A DNA stretch of 64,000 nucleotides from Camelus ferus (Eukaryota), in contig NC_045697.1 of assembly GCF_009834535.1 (NCBI RefSeq), positions 31,622,001-31,686,000 on the forward strand, in the 5' to 3' direction. Below, in pieces: positions 38,680 to 52,769 of this stretch. Position 1 is the stretch's first letter; the number at the start of each line of letters is the position of its first letter. Below the pieces are notes generated by a model. That model was not told where the DNA came from, ran no database searches, and saw nothing but the letters and a program-made list of their open reading frames with translations. The position numbers and the translations under genes are program-made.

Positions 38680-39650
38680 TGGTTCAGGGGCTGTCCAGTG
38701 TTCTGTCCAGCAGAGCAATAAACAAGGTGTAGCATTTTCATTCTGGGAGATTTATGTAATCAGGGATTTATCAACTACCAGGATCGGGGTCTCTGTTCTC
38801 AGGTGTCCTGGGAACACGTAAGAGAATTTAAACAGTCTGAGCAGTGAGTAAGGACAGAAGAATTTCCCTGGACGAGAGTTCTTAGCTGAGTTCTGAAATA
38901 TAAGTGGAGGAAACAATTAAAGAAGAGGGAAAACACATCACAGGGAGTTAGAGTAACAAGGGCAAAGTCCAGAGGCAAATGAAAGTGGGTGCATTCAGGA
39001 AGTGCTTTCGTTCAAAATAGCGGTCAGCTTTAGACGGGAGTGGTGGGAGAAATTAGACTGGAGGACCTATTGGATTGTGCTTAACAATTTTTAATTTTAA
39101 CCTGAGTGCAATACTAAGCTATAGAAGAATTTTAACCTGAAGAATGGCACTCACCTTGTCTTTCATTCAGTAAATAATTGCTGTGTGCCTATCATGTACT
39201 GAGCACTGTTCTTGGCTCTTGAGATGATGGGATTCATAGATTAGGAAAGATTCTTATGGCTTCAGGGCAGAAAGTTGATTGCAGAGGCTAAAAAATAGGA
39301 GATGAGGATATTAGCTAGGAAGCTGGCACTGTAACATAGGAAGGAAAGAATTCTGAGCTAAGGGAATGAAAAGTGGCAGGAGAGTAGTGTGCACATTTGA
39401 AGGACATTACAGAGTAAAATCAACAGAACTTTGTGATTGATTCAATGTAGGGTGAGTGAGAATGAGGAAATTCCAGGATAACTTAGGAAGTCCTGCGTCC
39501 CCTCCTCAAGTAACATTTACTGCTTAGCCTAAGTGTAGTACGGCAACATGAAGGTGTGAGCAATTCAAATGATAGACATTACTCTGAGTGAGATACTATG
39601 GAGAAATCAGAGTTCTTTGGGAAAGATGATGGGCACATTTGAACACAAGT
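38680..39650 (-). mobile_element. L2 remnants
   Basis: 'agctgagttctgaa', 'ggcaaagtccagagg', 'gtaaaatcaacagaactttgtgattgattcaatgtaggg'. Confidence 0.6.
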
Positions 39651-39839
39651 TATAAATCATGCAGTAACGTCAAAAAGGGACATATCCACTTGGTAATAGT
39701 GCTGAGGCTCAGGACACCCAAATGGACTCTATAGCAAAATATTTGTTCAGATTTAGCAAAATGGTTAATCACTGACCAAGCATTTCCTGCTCCCCTAAAT
39801 CTATTAGTCTGTATTATGTCATCTAATGATGAGAATATT

Positions 39840-40860
39840 TTTATTATAAAACTGCCCATATTTGAAGTTTACAATTTGATGTGTGACATATATATGAAAC
39901 ATACATGTATATATAGATACATGTATATGTGTACACATTTATACAGTATGTGTGCACATATATGAACGTATATACATATAGTTTTATATCTTTAGTTTCA
40001 TATGAATATATATGGTTTAATATATCAAACCTCAAATTGTGAACTTGAAAAGTATATATATGGGTGAGTATGATATATATATATATATGTGTGTTTATAT
40101 ATATATATAAAATCCATCACCTCAATCAAGATAATAAACATCTCTATCATTCCCAAAAGTTTCTTCCTGCCACTCAGTAATACCCTCTCCAGATCCTCCT
40201 TCCTTCCTGTTAGCAGTTTACTTTCATACACATAGCATCAAGCAGTGTGCACTCCCTTTTGTCTGAGACTTCTTTCACTTGGCGATAATTACTTTGAGAT
40301 TCATTCACTTTCCCACATGTACCAATAGTTTGTGACTTTTTTGCTGAGTAGTATTCCACTGTATTGATATATTACGGTTTGCAGCCCAGCACTTGTTGAT
40401 AAACATTTGTTTCTTTCCAGTTTGGGACTATTACAAATAATGCTGCTCTGAACATTCATTTAAAGGATTTGTCTGATCATACGCTTTCTATTCTCTCGGT
40501 AAATACCAACAAGCAGGATGTCTGAATAACACGGTGGGTGCATTTGAGCTTTTGAAAGAAAATGTCCAATTTTCCAATGATTGTACCACTTTGTATTCCC
40601 AACAGTCATGTCTCAGGTGTTCAGTTCCTCTACATCCTCGCCAATGCTGAGCAGGGTCAGTTGTTTCAGTCGTAGCCATGTGATAGGTCTGCAGTGAGGG
40701 CTCACTGTATTAACTTGCACTTCCCAAATGTCTAGCGATACTGAGCATCTTCTCACATGCTTATATGCCATCTAAATATCACTTTTAATGAAATGTTCAA
40801 GTCTTTTGCCCATTTTTTAATTGTTTTGATTGTTCTTTTACTAGTGAGTTTTAAGAACAT
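39840..40860 (-). mobile_element. L1MB-like 3' segment (ORF2 C-terminus plus 3' UTR)
   Basis: Minus-strand translation LKLTSKRTIKTIKKWAKDLN at about 40795-40855. 3' UTR motifs 'gctgagtagtattccactgt' and 'tccatcacctcaatcaagataataaacat'. Confidence 0.85.
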
Positions 40861-40914
40861 GTGTGTGTGTGTGTATATATATATAAATATATATATGTTT
40901 ATATAAATAAATAA

Positions 40915-40949
<35 letters not shown>

Positions 40950-40950
40950 A
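40861..40950. repeat. (GT)n(AT)n compound microsatellite at the L1 inversion junction
   Basis: Directly visible. Confidence 0.9.
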
Positions 40951-42101
40951 AAACATTGTATTGGAGATTCTAGTCAGTGCCATCATGCACAAATGAAAGA
41001 AAGAGATGCGGCACCAGTTAGAAAAGGGAGAAGTGAAACTCTTTATTTGAAGAAGACATGATCGTCTGTGTGGAAAATCTGCTGGACCTACAAAAATAGC
41101 TTATAGAACAAATTAATGAGTTAAGCAGAATGCAAAAATCAATATAAACACGAAATGCATTTTTATATACTGCTAATAAACTATCAGAAAATGAAAGTAA
41201 AAACAATGCCATTTACACTGACATAAAAATATATGAAATACTTACATATAAATCTGCCAAATATGTGCAAGACTTATACAATAAAAACTACAAATCATTG
41301 CAGGGAGAAATTAAAGAAGTCTTACATACATGGAGAGATATACCTTGTTCATGAGTCAGAAGACTCAATATTGTTCACATACAAATTCTCCCCCAAGTTG
41401 ATGTGTGGAATCAACACAATACCAATCAAAATTCCTACAGGTTTTCCTTTTTTTTTTTTTTTTTAGTAGAAACCAACAATCTGATTTTAAAATCTGAAAT
41501 GCTCAGGGCCTGGAACAGCTAAAACAAAAATATCTTTTTCTTGAAAAAAGAAGAACAAAGTTGGAAGACTAACGCTCCTGACTCCATGAACAGTGGCCTG
41601 GTTATTATAAAACTGCAGTGATCAAAAGAATCCAATACTGGTGTAAAAGGAGTGAAAAAGATCAAAGGAACAGAATAGAGAGTCCAAATATAGACCCATA
41701 CATTTATGGACAACTAATTTCCAACAGAAGTTCAAAGGCAATTAATTCAGTATTGAAAGTGTCTTTTCAACAAATAGTGTTGAATTAATTGGATATTCAG
41801 ATACAAAACAATACCTGAACTCCCATGCATCTTCACATCTTAAACAAAAATAATTCAAAATGAATCATAGAAATAAACATAAAATTCAAAACTACAATTC
41901 CTAAGAGAAATAAAATTTTATTATGTTGGATTAGGCAAAGATTTCTTACAGCACTACAGCGCATTCTGTAAAAGAACAATTTGGTAAGCTGGGCTTCATC
42001 AAAATTTAAAACTTTTGCTGCTTTTCAAAAAAAAAAAAGGGTATTAAGTAACTGGAAAGATAAACCACAGACTTGGATAAGTATTTGTCAACATACATCT
42101 G
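40951..42101 (+). mobile_element. L1 ORF2 segment (RT to pre-C-terminal region), inverted relative to 39840-40860
   Basis: Decayed ORF2 motifs: 'aacattgtattggagattctag', 'ctctttatttgaagaagacatgatc' (corresponding to SLFADDMI), 'tcttttcaacaaatagtg', ending 'tatttgtcaacatacatctga'. Confidence 0.85.
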
Positions 42102-42324
42102 AAATTATTTTGTTTGTTCATTGCTATAATAGGTTACTAGAGGGTCAAGGTCTTGTAAATATTTTTAACTGCTGTATGTCTAACATTTAGAATAGTGAAC
42201 ATAATAGGTCCTCAAAAAATATTTCTCTGATGAAAGAATGAATGAAGTAAACAGACAAATCAGCATACAGGTGAAAACTGAAGCTTTGGAAGACTTGAAA
42301 GGACCTGAGGATAGGCATTTATTT

Positions 42325-42487
42325 GCCTCTCAAACTTTAGTGTCAAATGAAATCATTTTGAAATCTTATTAAAAATTTAGATTTGGATTCAGTAAATTCT
42401 GAGATGGGCCTTGAAGTTCCTGCACTTCTAACAAGCAGGTGATGGCAAGACTGTGGCCCTGGAACCACCCATTGAGAGACCATGGTA
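42325..42487. mobile_element. MER5A hAT MITE
   Basis: 'tctcaaacttt...gattcagta...ctgcacttctaacaagc.ggtgatg...accacccattgaga'. Confidence 0.75.
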
Positions 42488-43653
42488 TAAAATAGGATTC
42501 AACTCAAGACAAAGCTATACAAATGAAAGTTAATTTGTAAGTATGGAAATTAACATTGTTCCTTTATAAAAGAATTGGCAATTTTCTTATTGCCTGAGGT
42601 CACTTGCTTAGGAATAGTGGCACGAAAAACTAGGAGAATATTCAGAGGAGGGAAAGATGAAAGAAAAGGAGAGTCGTTTTCAAAGCGGAAAACAGGTAAA
42701 ATAATTTCACTGAATCTTTGCAAATATCTAACAACAGAGAAAATATGAAAATGTAGACTCTGTATGATGGAGAGTCAATATACAAACAAATTAACCCTTT
42801 AAAAAAATCATCTAAAAACCTGAGGTGTCTTTCTCTCCTGTTGCTTATTTATTCCCTGCCTCCCCCACATCCTTGCTTAAACCAGAAAATGAAGACGCTC
42901 TAAAAAGTAAATCGATTTGGTAGGACTGCTTGCTAACAACTCCAGGAAGACCCTGATAAAAGAAGGAGGTTGGAATTTAATTGTTCAAATGAGATTTGGG
43001 GATTTGCTATAGATTTCATTAATGTGCTATACCTACCTACCTTCCATTTCTACAGGGATTTGACAGCTGAGCGTAATGAACACATATTTGATGTATAGGA
43101 TAAAAATAAATAAATCAAACTGTCACCTAAGCATACATCTTATACACTATTACGTTTTATATAACCTAAAACATATTTTACTGAGAAGACAAAGCATTTG
43201 AGGGATGAAACTCTCCTAATCATATAAGCAACTCATTACATTGCTGAATAGCTCTGCCAGGCCTCTCTTTTTTATACTGAAATCAAACTGTCTCCATTCA
43301 ATTATTCCAACTCATTTTCTGTAGCTCTATGGAACACAAATTCCAATTCCTCTTCCAGGTTTCAGATTTTCAAATACGTGAAAGTGAAAATCATAGTGCC
43401 AACTTCTCTTAAGCTGTCTTCAACACCAGACAACATTCTTCAATAACAGGAGCTACAAACATTTGATTATATTGTTCACCCTGCTCTCGTTACGTCTTCA
43501 TTGTCTGTGTCCTATTGCAAATCTTACCGTCAACAGTAAATACTATTTTCAGTATGTTGGAACAGAGGACTTCCTTAACCCAAACTATATGTATATATAG
43601 TTTTATGTAAAAAAAAATTAAAAACAAAACAAACTTTATATACATAATATTGA

Positions 43654-43697
<44 letters not shown>
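43654..43697 (+). repeat. (TATC)11 tetranucleotide microsatellite
   Basis: Directly visible. Confidence 0.95.
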
Positions 43698-44094
43698 AAT
43701 ACAGTCTAAGTTTACAATTAGTTTTTCCACCAAGAATAGGCACCAAGTAAGAATCAGTTTAATTCAGAATTACCCTGCTTCTCATTGGCTTCAGTGAAAA
43801 CTGGATCCACATATCCGAACACATTCTATCTCTTGTTTGGACTACATATTATACTAGAAAAAACAACAATGTATCTACCAGTTACTGTTTACTCTTGCCC
43901 AGACATATACGCTTTTACCTGCAAATGTTCCCGTTATGCAAATGAAGCATGCATAATTCTACTTGCCTGTCCACAAAAACTCGTGTCCATGATAGCACTT
44001 TGTGAAAAATGTCATGAAAATAATAGCATTTACTTTTTATTTCAAATTTTAACAAATGTTACTCATAATAATCAAACCGACAAGTTTTCAAATT

Positions 44095-44300
44095 CGACAA
44101 ATCTGGATTTAAAATGTTTCTATGCTATTTACTCCCTGTCTCTGACCTTGAGCAATTTCTTAACTTTTCTGACCTTCAGTTATGTTGTCAACAAATGTAT
44201 TTTTATACCTAACTTGTATGCTTTTGAGGAAGATTAAGTGAGAAAACTTGTGCAAAGCGTTTAGTATAAGGTATGGCATGTAGTAAGCAACTACTAAAGA
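44095..44300 (+). mobile_element. MIR
   Basis: 'tgaccttgagcaatttcttaacttttctgaccttcagtt...gagaagattaagtgaga...ggcatgtagtaagc'. Confidence 0.75.
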
Positions 44301-44574
44301 TACTCATAATTTCTGCTCCTCATAAAAGACTTCATCATCAAGAACAATTACATTTATTTAATTATATATCCTATTTGACTTAGAAAGAAAAAAATATATA
44401 TGGTACATTTTAGAAAGTCTCCAATTTAAAATAAATTTTTAAAAATTGACTCAAAAGTAAGTTTTGGTTATTTAAAAACAAATAGGTCAGCTCATTTTCA
44501 TAGAGTATCAGATGCTACTTTATTCTTTGGTTGGAGATACAAGTCTCAAATAATCTTCCAAAACCTGATATTAA

Positions 44575-44730
44575 AAATAATAGTATACATTTTTATAGAA
44601 TACTTACCTTGTGCTTGGCCCTGTGCTAGACAATTTATGTGCCTTCATGTGAAACTTGCATCAGCTCTGTGAGGCGATTATTGTATTTATTTTTGCAGAA
44701 GAAGAAACTGGAACATACAGAGATAAAGTC
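44575..44730 (-). mobile_element. MIR
   Basis: 'atttttatagaatacttac...cctgtgcta...ctgtgagg...ttttgcagaagaagaaactg'. Confidence 0.65.
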
Positions 44731-46729
44731 GGACTGTTTGAAAACATATGAGAAGAAAAACAAAGCATTATAAATAAGGGCCATCATCCAGGAGATAAAA
44801 CGGAACTTTGAGAAGCAAAAGGGCGGTAATAATTCACTGTAGTAAAAACACTGAATTAATACACTTGGAGGTAAGGGAATAAAGGTCTTGGGACTCAGGG
44901 ACTAAAACATAAATAAATAAACCCAATAAGTAAGAGCTAGAGGTTATATTAAATTCTAATATGGAAATAGGTGTCCAAAATAATTAAGCATAACTCCAGT
45001 GACATGTTAAACAGTGACACATAAAACTGAAAACATTTTTTAATGTTGCACAGGCTTTTTTTTTAAATTCGATATGATAAAAAAAAAGTATATTATGCCA
45101 CAGAAGTAGTCTTTTTCTTTCTTTTAGTTAGGTCATTTCTAAGAATGTATTTCACCAAACTTAACGATAACACCATGTATATAAAGATTTTTTTTTTTTA
45201 GTTTTTTTTTTTTTTAACATAAAATGATTGATTTCATTAGGTAGACAAAAGAGAAGAAGAAAGGAAATCAGAGGAAGACTTAGCTCCAAGTTGATCCTGG
45301 GTGTTCACAAAAAAAATGTCAGTGTTACTTAGCAACTAAAATTTACATTTCTGGACAGAAGGAATTCGAATTAAACTAGTAATCCCCTTTCAGTGAAGCA
45401 CCACTTTAACCAGGCTTTTCCTCCCATGTCATCCAAAATTCTTCTAAAAGATTAGATCTTTGTTACTGATACATTTTCGTGTCTGCATGGTACAAGGTTT
45501 AATTTAAAAAGTGTGGAAACTTCTGTGCATTGATAGTATCTTTCTAAGGCTGGAAATCATGTTCTCTTTGCTTTCTTTCATGTATGAAAATGAATCACTT
45601 CGGGAGCATTAAACAGCTCTTTTGGCAGAAAGCCAGATTCTACTGCAGCCTACTAATTTACTACAATTCTAAAGAGAGTTATTTGAGTGTTTGTGCCTTA
45701 CAAAATTCATTTTCTGATTCTGAATTTTCTGTTCTTGTGGAGCCTCATCTTGTGGTTCTGAAGTTTTAAGTTCCATGGTTGACTCCAATTTTTCAGCATG
45801 GGTCTTTTTATGAGACATACGTAATGTCAATAACAAATGCAATTCTCCTCTACTGAAAATTTTGTAGCTCAGGAAGAATTTAAAGAAACAAAGAGGCCCT
45901 ATCAAAGAGTTTTTCTTAAGGCCATGACACATTTTCTTTTACCAGTTAATCAGCTTGAGACTGCAATAACTTTGAAATAGTTTGAGTTCTTCAGATCAAG
46001 AATGGAGTTAATTTCTGAGAGGAAACCTGCTCTGCTTATAAGCAAAATTTACTTTTGGAACTTGATCTTGTATAAACTGCAGTGGAAAAGAGAAATAGCA
46101 AAGTAAAATTGGCCTTCACTGGAGCAAATATATGATAATCCTAATTAGCATGGTTCTCCCTTGAAAAGTACCAAATCATATTAGAAGAAGAATTGATATG
46201 AAGCCTCTTGCTAATGTTCCTCTGCCAGTGAATTGTGCTGTCAGTGTATCTTAAATCAACTTTAAAAAGTTTCTAAGAACAAAAATTTAGATGCCATTGA
46301 CTCAGTAAATAATGAAGTCTTGATTCATCAGTGATTTCCTGTATGTTGATGGATAACTGGGAAATTTAAAAAAAGATTAAAATTGCATAACAAATATATT
46401 AATCTGCTATTTCTTTTCAAGTTCTCTGAATATATTTATGGAGAGGAAGAGAGAGAGACAGAGGGAGGAGAGACAGAGGGAGGGAGAATTTCAACACTAT
46501 ACTTTGAGTTAATTGAAAACTAAATTTAAGAGCTTACTTCCCCATTAAACATCTTCAAAAATACATTTTTTCCTAGATTCACTGATTCTTTGGAATACAT
46601 TTTTATTCCACAGAACTTTGAAGGAAGTACTATGCATTGATGAAAAGTATGCTTTTGAAAATCACTTGCCCAGTATCTTAATATATCACAGTATTAATTA
46701 ACATAGCAGTACCCAATAAATCTCAGTGG

Positions 46730-47205
46730 AGAAAACTCTTAGTTCAGTATCAAATTATTTTTTGTACTAATCCAGCATCTAATTTTCCACAAGTGAGTAG
46801 TTAGAAATAAGAGTGGGACCTTCAGAATTAGTACTGGCTTTGGACCAATACGTTCCTATTTTGGCTCCTCTGCCTTAGCATAGGATTCATGCTCACCAAA
46901 TATATGTACTTTCGGACCTGCGTTTACTGTCAATGACTCTTAGGGTAGATTCTTTCCCATTCTTGTCTAAGAAAAAGAGCATCACTTTGTCACCAATTTT
47001 TAAATTGAACTCCTAGGATTTAGTCTGATTGGATTGATTTAGGTTTCCATGTCTTTCTCTGCATTTATTTCTGTGGCTTAAGAGAGAGATCATTCCATTA
47101 ACTGAGGCAAGACAGCCACACCCACCCCAAGATGAAAATCAGGTTCCAGTGAAGCTCAGGGAGAGGAATTCTTTCCAGGCAATAAAAATTAGCAAATATC
47201 CACTA
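46730..47205. mobile_element. Old MLT1 (K/L-like) remnant
   Basis: 'ctcctagg...tctgattgg...ctgtggct...caaatatccactac'. Confidence 0.45.
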
Positions 47206-47949
47206 CCCCAAAGGAAGTATAAACTGTTCCTTCCTTCAAGAAACTTGATTTTGGATGGTTTTAAATAATTCAAATTAAAATATTAAAATTCCAGTGCAGA
47301 TCAGTATATGCTTTAGTATCAATACCAGCAGTACAATGTTAAGTGATGTATGAATTCATAACAATTTACCTGCTAAGTTACATTTGCCTAGTTATCACTG
47401 TGTTCTCATTAAGAAAGTTTTTATAGATAGAGTTTCCATAGGACATTTTGATTGGTGAATACCGAAGAAAATTGCAGGTGAAAATTTAGCAAGAATAAAG
47501 ATCGTGTTAAAGGAGGAAGGGCAACCTGATTCAACTTGAGCAGTGGGTTGTCAATTTGAGCAGAGTAGGTGTTAAGAAGAAAAAATAGATTGAGACTCAT
47601 TTTGATGCTATTATATGGCAATGAATTTTTATATATTTGATGGAGCCTTGAAGAACAGGAAGCTGAGAAATTAGGAAATTATGCCTAATGATCTATAATA
47701 TGGATTTTCTTAGTTACTTCAAGGTGCAGCTCAAAACTAATATGATCATCTAAGAACTGGGAATTTGAGTATTTGGAAATAATGTATTCTAAAAAAAGAG
47801 AACTTCAGGAGACTCTGAATTCTTCTTTGGTTTACCCTTCCAAATAACTTATTTCTCCTTGATGTTAAAAATTTTTGCTTTCAAGCCCCTAATTTATACA
47901 TTGGTGATACCTGCTATTGCAAAATAACAGGACAACTGATTTCAAAACA

Positions 47950-48520
47950 AGTTAAATGAGGAAAAGCCTTTCTAATCATGACTTGAATACCTAATGCAAC
48001 TTAGAAAGATTGATAAATTTAACTAAAAAATATTAATGACAGAAACTGTGTAAGCAAAGTAAAAAGAAATGACAAACTGTGAGAAAATATTTGCAACAGA
48101 AGTCAGATAAAGAGTTATTATCCTTAATTTACACAAACTCATAACTGATTAGTGACCAACAGTCTATAAAAATGGGTAAAATACATGAAAAAATTGCAAA
48201 ATGTGATTTAAGAATGGTCCATAAATAGTCTATGACATTAACTTTAATTCATGAGAGAAATACAAGTTATGCTACAGAGAAATATCACTTCTTATCTATC
48301 AGACTGGCAAACATTTTTAAGACTCTGCAATCCACTATGTCCGTTAGGTTGTACGAAAACAGGCCATTTCATACACTGGTGGTAGAAATACAAAATAATC
48401 CAACCTCTATGGAGACAAATTTGAAAAATGTCTTACAAATTTGGTGTTTATTTACTCTTGGACTCTGCAATTCATTTCAAGGAATTGGCCCTGCAGTATA
48501 TACCTTAATAGTATAGAAAT
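47950..48520 (+). mobile_element. L1ME ORF2 3' remnant
   Basis: 'gacaaactgtgagaaaatatttgcaaca', 'cttatctatcagactggcaaa', 'tcatacactggtggtagaa'. Confidence 0.7.
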
Positions 48521-49089
48521 GCAAATAGGTACTCTAAATTCTTCTTCTTTTGTACTTTTATGGGTCAAGGAATTCTGAGACTATTTTAAATGTGTTGTAA
48601 GATTGAGCAAAAAAATGCCTGTGTGTGTGAATGTGTGCACACAGTTGCACCCACGTGGCATATGTATGTTGGTATATCATGTGCAAAAAATACATTAGAG
48701 GGTGTCCTGTCTAATTCATTCACCTAACTTATCTCTGCCTTTGTCTTTGAGCTATTTCACAAATCTGTAAATTGCTGAAAGCTGATAATAATGTGAATCA
48801 TTTTTTTATCAATAAAGTGCAAATTCAGTGTCCAAAGGAATGCAACTGCTTATTGCCCTACTGATAGATGTATTTTGCCTCTATTTGTAAGATACTTCAA
48901 AAGTCCCTATTTTCTGTATGTCTCTGCTCTTTGTATTCTCTTTTGAATAAATTGTAATACATTGTGTCCTCATTAATCAATAAATTACATAAATCTTTGA
49001 CACTTACTTTATATTTGGTGGGAAACTTGAATTTGCCTTTTGAAAAGCACTCATCCTTTAAAATGTGCACATGTATATGTATTTATATT

Positions 49090-50050
49090 TTTATATTAAT
49101 ATATGTACTTACTTCCTTGTGCTGTCCACTGAATGGGCAAATTCTTGCATATAATGAGCAAATCTAGCACTAAGATCTAAGCCTCTAATATTATTTCTAA
49201 CTAAAAGGCATGAGGGCTTTTTCTGAAGAATTTGCTGTTTTCAGATTTATGGCAGGCTAAGTATAAAATGAGCTGGGTGTACGTTGTTATACTAGGAATA
49301 AAGGAAGTGCTCAAAATGATGGGCACATGTCACAGGGATGGAGGAGCTAGCCTAAAGGAACTCATATGGGCAGATCTGGGACATCGGCTTAAACACCAAA
49401 ATTATTAAGTAGAGAAATGAATTATAAACAGTTGGAAAAGTAGAATTTCATGAGTTTATATTGATAATAGATGATTGATAGGTTAAATAGATTGATGGAT
49501 AAGGAAAAAAGGAGACCTTTTGGTTATAGAATGCTGAGGGCTAACTCATTAACAAGGAAGAAATGGGATTGGCAAATCAGTATTTTGCAATCATCATTTA
49601 AAAGATTCATTTAGAAATGAATCATGGATAGATGAAAAGTTTAGGGTGAAATTTTGATGAGGAGAAGGCTATTTGTCTCACAATAGACTGCTTAGTAGTT
49701 ACAAGGGAAAAAATAGTACTTATTCCATGGACAAATCAGACAACACTTTGACCAATTAACATCACCAGGAGTGTTTTGACCAAGTAACATCGCCAGATGG
49801 ACATAGTGTGACTCCAGATGCTACACCCACAAAAGGCACAGCTTTGTGTTTTAATACTTCAGCTAGCAATGTATAAACTGAATTTAATCTGGACCAAACA
49901 TAAGACACGGGAAAGTGAGGAAAGAAAGCACAAGTGAAATCAAATAGCATATAAAGTTTACAGTAGGTGATCTAGGTTAATCTAGGTTATCAATATTTTT
50001 ATTCTTCTAACTTTTAAGTTTAAAATTGTTTCCCAGTAATTTTTTTAAAG
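49090..50050 (+). mobile_element. L1MC-type 3' UTR remnant
   Basis: 'aatgagcaaatctagcactaagatct', 'aggaagtgctcaaaatgatggg', 'tagttacaaggg', 'ttgaccaagtaacatcgcca'. Confidence 0.65.
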
Positions 50051-52769
50051 TGTGTTGCAATATTAAGTTCTCTTGACAAAAGGAATTAGTATTTTTTTAT
50101 TAAACTTTTCAATTAGAACATACTCCCATTACAATTTGCATGTGCTCTGCCCTTCTGGAACATTCCAACAGTGAGTTTAAATAAATGCAGACTTAATTGT
50201 ATGACTGAAGTAACTACAGAAGTTCTCTTTAAAAGTGGCTGATTTGGGGACACACTTCTGAGTTTTTAAATATACACTCATACACAAACTCATATATTTT
50301 AATTACTTTTAAAAGCAAGAGTTCACTTATTAAAAATGGAAAATGTTGGAAGAAAGTTTTAAAGAGGTGAGCATAAAAGATATTATCTTCTAGAGGGTAG
50401 TGGAGGCAGTGCAAAACATTTTTATGATATGAACATCTCCATTTTATTGGTAAGATTTTTTTTTCTGCAAGACATTATACATTTTAAGAATCTACTTAAG
50501 CACATGGTGCTGAATTATAAAAAGGTGATTAAATTATATTATGTAGAAATCCAGACATGAATACCAATTCCAATAATAAGTTCATACATAAGAATAATAT
50601 CACAATTATGTATTTAAAAATCACAATTCATTCTTTCAAATTTATAAATGTATGTAAAACTACATATATTTCTTAGGTTATCAAAGTCCTTTTCATTATG
50701 AAAATGTAAGCAAATTACAAATCTCACTAATTTTTAATTGATTAAAATATACATAGATATATACAAATTGAATTATTTGTATCCTTATTCATCAGTTCAC
50801 TGTATTTTTTTTTCACTTTTTATATACCCCATTTGTTTTGGAAGTTTATTTTTAAATAGCAATTTCTGAAATAAGTGGTTATATATTACAAATTATTTAA
50901 TTCTGAAAATAAAATGACTTAATTATTTTCATGAAAGTTTATGGCAACTGAGATTTTCCCTTAATATCTCTCTGCTAAGCAAAATGATAAAAGCTAATAA
51001 ACAAAACATGTTAATTTAATGAGGAGGAAAAAAAATTTTTTTAATGAAAGGAGGACAAATTTAAATATCTTTTATTGCTTCCTAAGAGTACTGGAATGAT
51101 GCTATTATCATAAGATTCTATTCTTACTTCTAAAGCACTTTCTCCATGTAAGGTGTTGTATTGTTTACTGGGAATGAGTTACACGTACTGGTGTACTGCC
51201 TAGAATTATTACCCAAGTTCCAAAATGGCTATACACTCTGATTAATGGAAAAAAAACATTGCTTAGCCACAAAGTGGTTATTTTCACCAAAGTGCTTACG
51301 TATCCCTAAACACTTATGCTTCAGGTTAACCCATCAGAGCCCAATATCAAAATGCGAATCTGTTAAAAAGAAAAAATAACCATCTAGAAAAGTAGCATAC
51401 TTGTCCCTTGTCAACCCTAAACATATTAGTAGGGATTTTTTTGGTCAGACTATTTAGAATGTATAAGCCTTTAAAAAATGACAGGAAATAACTCATGGGG
51501 ATGGAAATAGGAAAAGGAATACCAAGGAAGAGCTGGGCCACTCTGAATGAATGAATCCTACAGGCAAATTATGCCTGTATCACCATTTTGGCTGCAAAAC
51601 GTAAATTGGTGAAAATTTAGGATCTTAGGGCATTTTTAATTTGTCCTGATACTTAATGATAAGTATCATCTGTAGCAGTTACTAATAAAGGAGAGGATGC
51701 CAGAACCAGAAAAGCAGAAGACTGTGGACACTTTTTACACTGAATATCTTGGTTTCCTCAATCTTTTAACTCCAAAGATTTTATTGACAAAAAGATAATG
51801 AGCTAGTGAGCAGACTTCTAAGTGACTCCATAGATCTCAATTCCTGTATTTCCTCATTTGTCTCCCACCCTATTTCACTTTCATATTGAAATCAAACCGC
51901 ACTAATTGTGATACCTTTCCTAATTGAGCTCACATGTTGGTTTAGATCATGGATAAGCATTTATCTCTTGTCATCCAACAGCAGAATATTGCTATGAAAA
52001 ATGAGCAATGTATTCTGTTAACCAGGGATGCACTTGATTAGCTTGAAATTCTTTTGTTTGCCTCTGAAAAAGGTTAATCAACTAAAGCATAGGTTTCTGT
52101 TTTTCTCTCCATTATTCAGAGCTCATTAGCTGGGCCATTTTGGTATAGACTAGAATTCTGTTGGCAGATATCTCTGGTTAAAACTTTGCCTTATGCTGCT
52201 ATTATATTCATAATTCTCTCTCTGTATTACCTTTGTAAGACATTTGGGACTTTGGTATATGCGTTTTCCTCAGATCATCAATTCAAATCTAAAGTCCCAT
52301 CATCTGTTGTGCTTTTTCTTTGTTTTATAAATTTCACATTTTTTATTCTTAACATTAACTGGTATAAGAAATACTTAAATTAAAGTTTGGATTCCTGGGT
52401 TATTATACAGGAAAGATTATTTGTGTTGTTAATTTGATATATTAATATTGTAGACCATTTTAGGACTATTGTATATCTCCTAGCACTAAAACTTATATCT
52501 ATATACACATTTTTGAACCAGTTATATCTAAAAATAGATACTTCCATTTTTAGTTTTGAGTTTTAATGGTAATGCTTCAGTCTGTTCTTTCTTTCTCATC
52601 ACATGGCCCTCAAAGCTCTCTTTAAGTATTGTACTTTATGTGTTTCAACTTTTATTTCTATTTTTTATATCCTCATGTCTAGGGAGTCAGCATCTTTACA
52701 TCAATATTTGGTGTATTCAGCTATATCTCAGACAGTCTAGTATAACATCATCCTTGTACTAACTAGCTA

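Noticed and set aside
43785..44237. 150-aa ORF
   Set aside because: No recognisable domain, low-complexity AT-driven composition, non-ATG start, and it runs into a MIR.
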